Below, piece after piece: positions 30,276 through 32,000 of a stretch of DNA of 32,000 nt; position 1 is the stretch's first letter, and the number at the start of each line of letters is the position of its first letter. Origin of the DNA: Telmatocola sphagniphila. Its GTDB lineage: Bacteria; Planctomycetota; Planctomycetia; Gemmatales; Gemmataceae. The notes under the pieces are model-generated. The model saw nothing but the letters and a program-made list of their open reading frames with translations, ran no database searches and was not told the DNA's origin. The stretch lies in assembly GCF_018398935.1 (NCBI RefSeq), contig NZ_CP074694.1, positions 4,170,001 through 4,202,000 of the forward strand, written 5' to 3'. Both the position numbers and the translations under genes were made by a program.

Positions 30276-32000
30276 ATGTCTGGTTTTACGGGAAGGCTAG
30301 TACCGATTTTCGTTGTGTCGCTAATGCTGTGGCAGACGGGTCGGGCGCAGGAACTTCAGTCCGTAAAGATTGTGGCCGTGGGAAATAATCCGGCGGTCGA
30401 TTTTCAGGAGCCCAAGAAAGACGCAGTCGATACCAAAACACCCAAAGTCGATCCGAAAGCCAAGACTGACGAGCCGAAAAAAGACAAGAAAGAGGATGCC
30501 AAGGACAAGAAGGAGGCGAGCGTCATTCCGGATATTCCGGTGGTAGCATCGACCGATGCCTCGCAGTATTTGTCGAACCGGGCTCGCTATACCCCCACCA
30601 TGCTCGGCGATCTGAACAGCCGATACACGACGGCGACTACACCCGTTCGAGTCCTATTAAAGGGGACGGCATTCAATGAATCGGTTTTGGGAGGAACCGG
30701 GTTTATCACTTTACCCGGAACGCAGGAGAATCAAAAAGTCCCCATTACATTAGCTCAAAAACCGGTTCGTTATACCGTCGATTTGACCGCGGATTATTAC
30801 GAACATTTGCGAATTCCCTATGTGGCCGCGGGGGCTTTCAAGATCTCCGAGAACGAAAGTCCGCGACCGTTGGATCGCATTTACGTGGATTACAACTACT
30901 TCTCGAGTGTGTCTCGAGATGTAGTCAACATTCCGGGACAGATTACCGCAGCTCAGCTGACGAATTTCGGGATTCCCACGGCGGTCGGACCTCAGACTCC
31001 CATTGAAATTGCTGAATTCGCCAAGATCGCCAACTACTTCAAGCAGGCCAAAGGAATCAATGCCGCCGCATACAACGCTTACATTCAAGGGGTGCTGGTC
31101 AGCGGCGATGCACTGCATCCAAAGATCTCGGACCCGGCTCTGGGCAGTTTGATTAATGCCACGATCGCCGCGATCAAAGCGGCCAATCCGACGATCAAGT
31201 ATGGCCGACCGTTCCCGAACAGTATCCCGATCTACCAGACCGGTTCGATCACGGTCAGCGGCGGGCCGTTCGGTTCGAATCAGCCGATTACTATTGCACC
31301 AACCAACCTCAGTCAGCACGCGGATATCAATAGGGAAACCTTGGGATTTGAAAAAACCTTCCTGGACGGCGACGCCTCCTTCGGTATGCGTCTGCCCATT
31401 ATTCAGGTGGCTGGAATTGATGGTTCCAGCGAATTAGGCGATATCACGGCTATCTTTAAATACGCGTTCATTAATAATCTGGAAACAGGGAATCTTCTGT
31501 CGGGTGGTTTGGCCGTGACCGCACCGACCGGCCGATCGGCCAGCACGATAGATGGTTCGATCCACTCCACGCTCATTCAGCCTTACATGGGGGTGATTTA
31601 CAATTTAAGCGAAAAGTGGTTCGTGCATGGCTTTACGGGGATCCTGGTACCCACCGACTCACGCGATGTGACATTCTTGAGCAATGACTACGGCTTGGGC
31701 TATCGACTGTATCAGGCCGAGGATGCATCCAGTACGATTTCCTCGATTATTCCAACCCTGGAATTACATGTAACCTCGCCATTGAATCATCGCGACCAAT
31801 TCGAACCCGCGTTCATTCCGGATACGGTATCGCTAACCGGGGGCATCACTTTTGGAATTGGTGCTCGAACGAGTCTGGCAATTGCTGCCAATACTCCGTT
31901 AACAGGTCCCAAACCCTACGAATACGAACTGATGGTTCAATTGAACTACAACTTCGGTTCTCTGCCCCCGACCACGAACTACACTCCGATATCTCGCTAA
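30276..32000 (+). CDS. secreted putative outer-membrane beta-barrel protein (BBP7/DUF1551-like) with Lys-rich N-terminal spacer
   Basis: ATG 30276 gives signal peptide 'MSGFTGRLVPIFVVSLMLWQTGRA/QE'; the ORF track starts at TTG 30222. K/D/P-rich segment at nt 30411..30518. 'ESPRPLDRIYVDYNYF' resembles the motif I associate with planctomycetal BBP7 barrels. The C-terminal half is beta-rich ('LGDITAIFKYAF'). The stop codon is the last three bases of the window. The family call is tentative. Confidence 0.45.
   Translation: MSGFTGRLVPIFVVSLMLWQTGRAQELQSVKIVAVGNNPAVDFQEPKKDAVDTKTPKVDPKAKTDEPKKDKKEDAKDKKEASVIPDIPVVASTDASQYLSNRARYTPTMLGDLNSRYTTATTPVRVLLKGTAFNESVLGGTGFITLPGTQENQKVPITLAQKPVRYTVDLTADYYEHLRIPYVAAGAFKISENESPRPLDRIYVDYNYFSSVSRDVVNIPGQITAAQLTNFGIPTAVGPQTPIEIAEFAKIANYFKQAKGINAAAYNAYIQGVLVSGDALHPKISDPALGSLINATIAAIKAANPTIKYGRPFPNSIPIYQTGSITVSGGPFGSNQPITIAPTNLSQHADINRETLGFEKTFLDGDASFGMRLPIIQVAGIDGSSELGDITAIFKYAFINNLETGNLLSGGLAVTAPTGRSASTIDGSIHSTLIQPYMGVIYNLSEKWFVHGFTGILVPTDSRDVTFLSNDYGLGYRLYQAEDASSTISSIIPTLELHVTSPLNHRDQFEPAFIPDTVSLTGGITFGIGARTSLAIAANTPLTGPKPYEYELMVQLNYNFGSLPPTTNYTPISR

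Noticed and set aside
31272-31280. 'ggttcgaat' T-arm-like string (also 'ggttcgagt' near 7290) as a hint of a tRNA gene.
   Set aside because: Both lie inside well-supported CDSs, and they lack the following TCC and any acceptor or anticodon stem context.
1-32000. Scan for CRISPR-like direct repeats, terminal inverted repeats, transposase, integrase or phage genes, and rRNA.
   Set aside because: None was recognised by eye. All ORFs of at least 135 aa that are not shadows have chromosomal-type functions. A computational repeat search (for example self-alignment) would be needed to exclude short dispersed repeats.

Overview
Gene-dense 32-kb chromosomal window. I can support 23 protein-coding genes, roughly 93% coding by my hand count of the gaps. 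I recognised no rRNA, tRNA, CRISPR array, transposase, integrase or phage gene. All family calls come from reading motifs in the supplied translations; no HMM or BLAST search was run. The gene content looks like a Planctomycetota chromosome, but that is inference only: tetrahydromethanopterin-pathway accessory genes among ordinary bacterial housekeeping genes, a BlaI/M56 pair, Legionella-MOMP-like and BBP7-like outer-membrane barrels, a Tat-exported purple-acid-phosphatase-like enzyme, and a giant polytopic/TPR protein. Housekeeping genes are hpt, msrA, nadA, glutamate dehydrogenase and a CBS-domain cystathionine-beta-synthase-type enzyme. I do not see a canonical defence island or mobile element, and I cannot name a single proven novel system. 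The best candidates for undescribed biology, in my order of interest: (1) a BlaI-type repressor translationally coupled to an M56 (BlaR1-like) protease whose sensor is an HtrA-type PDZ domain, sitting behind a near-consensus promoter bracketed by an 18-nt inverted repeat and divergent from a secreted M19 dipeptidase; (2) a secreted fusion of a beta-lactamase-fold serine hydrolase (AmiE-like?) with a DUF1343/NamZ exo-muramidase domain, followed 16 nt later by a cysteine-synthase paralogue with an altered substrate loop; (3) a 1063-aa protein with about 12 TM helices plus TPR-like repeats, followed 36 nt later by a SWIM-SNF2 ATPase; (4) a secreted 553-aa protein built from an internally duplicated two-domain module; (5) an MBOAT plus DltD/SGNH-like acyl-transfer pair with an unknown acceptor; (6) an FHA/GAF-like/class III cyclase flanked by two outer-membrane barrel genes. 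Two convergent gene pairs have no intergenic space at all.
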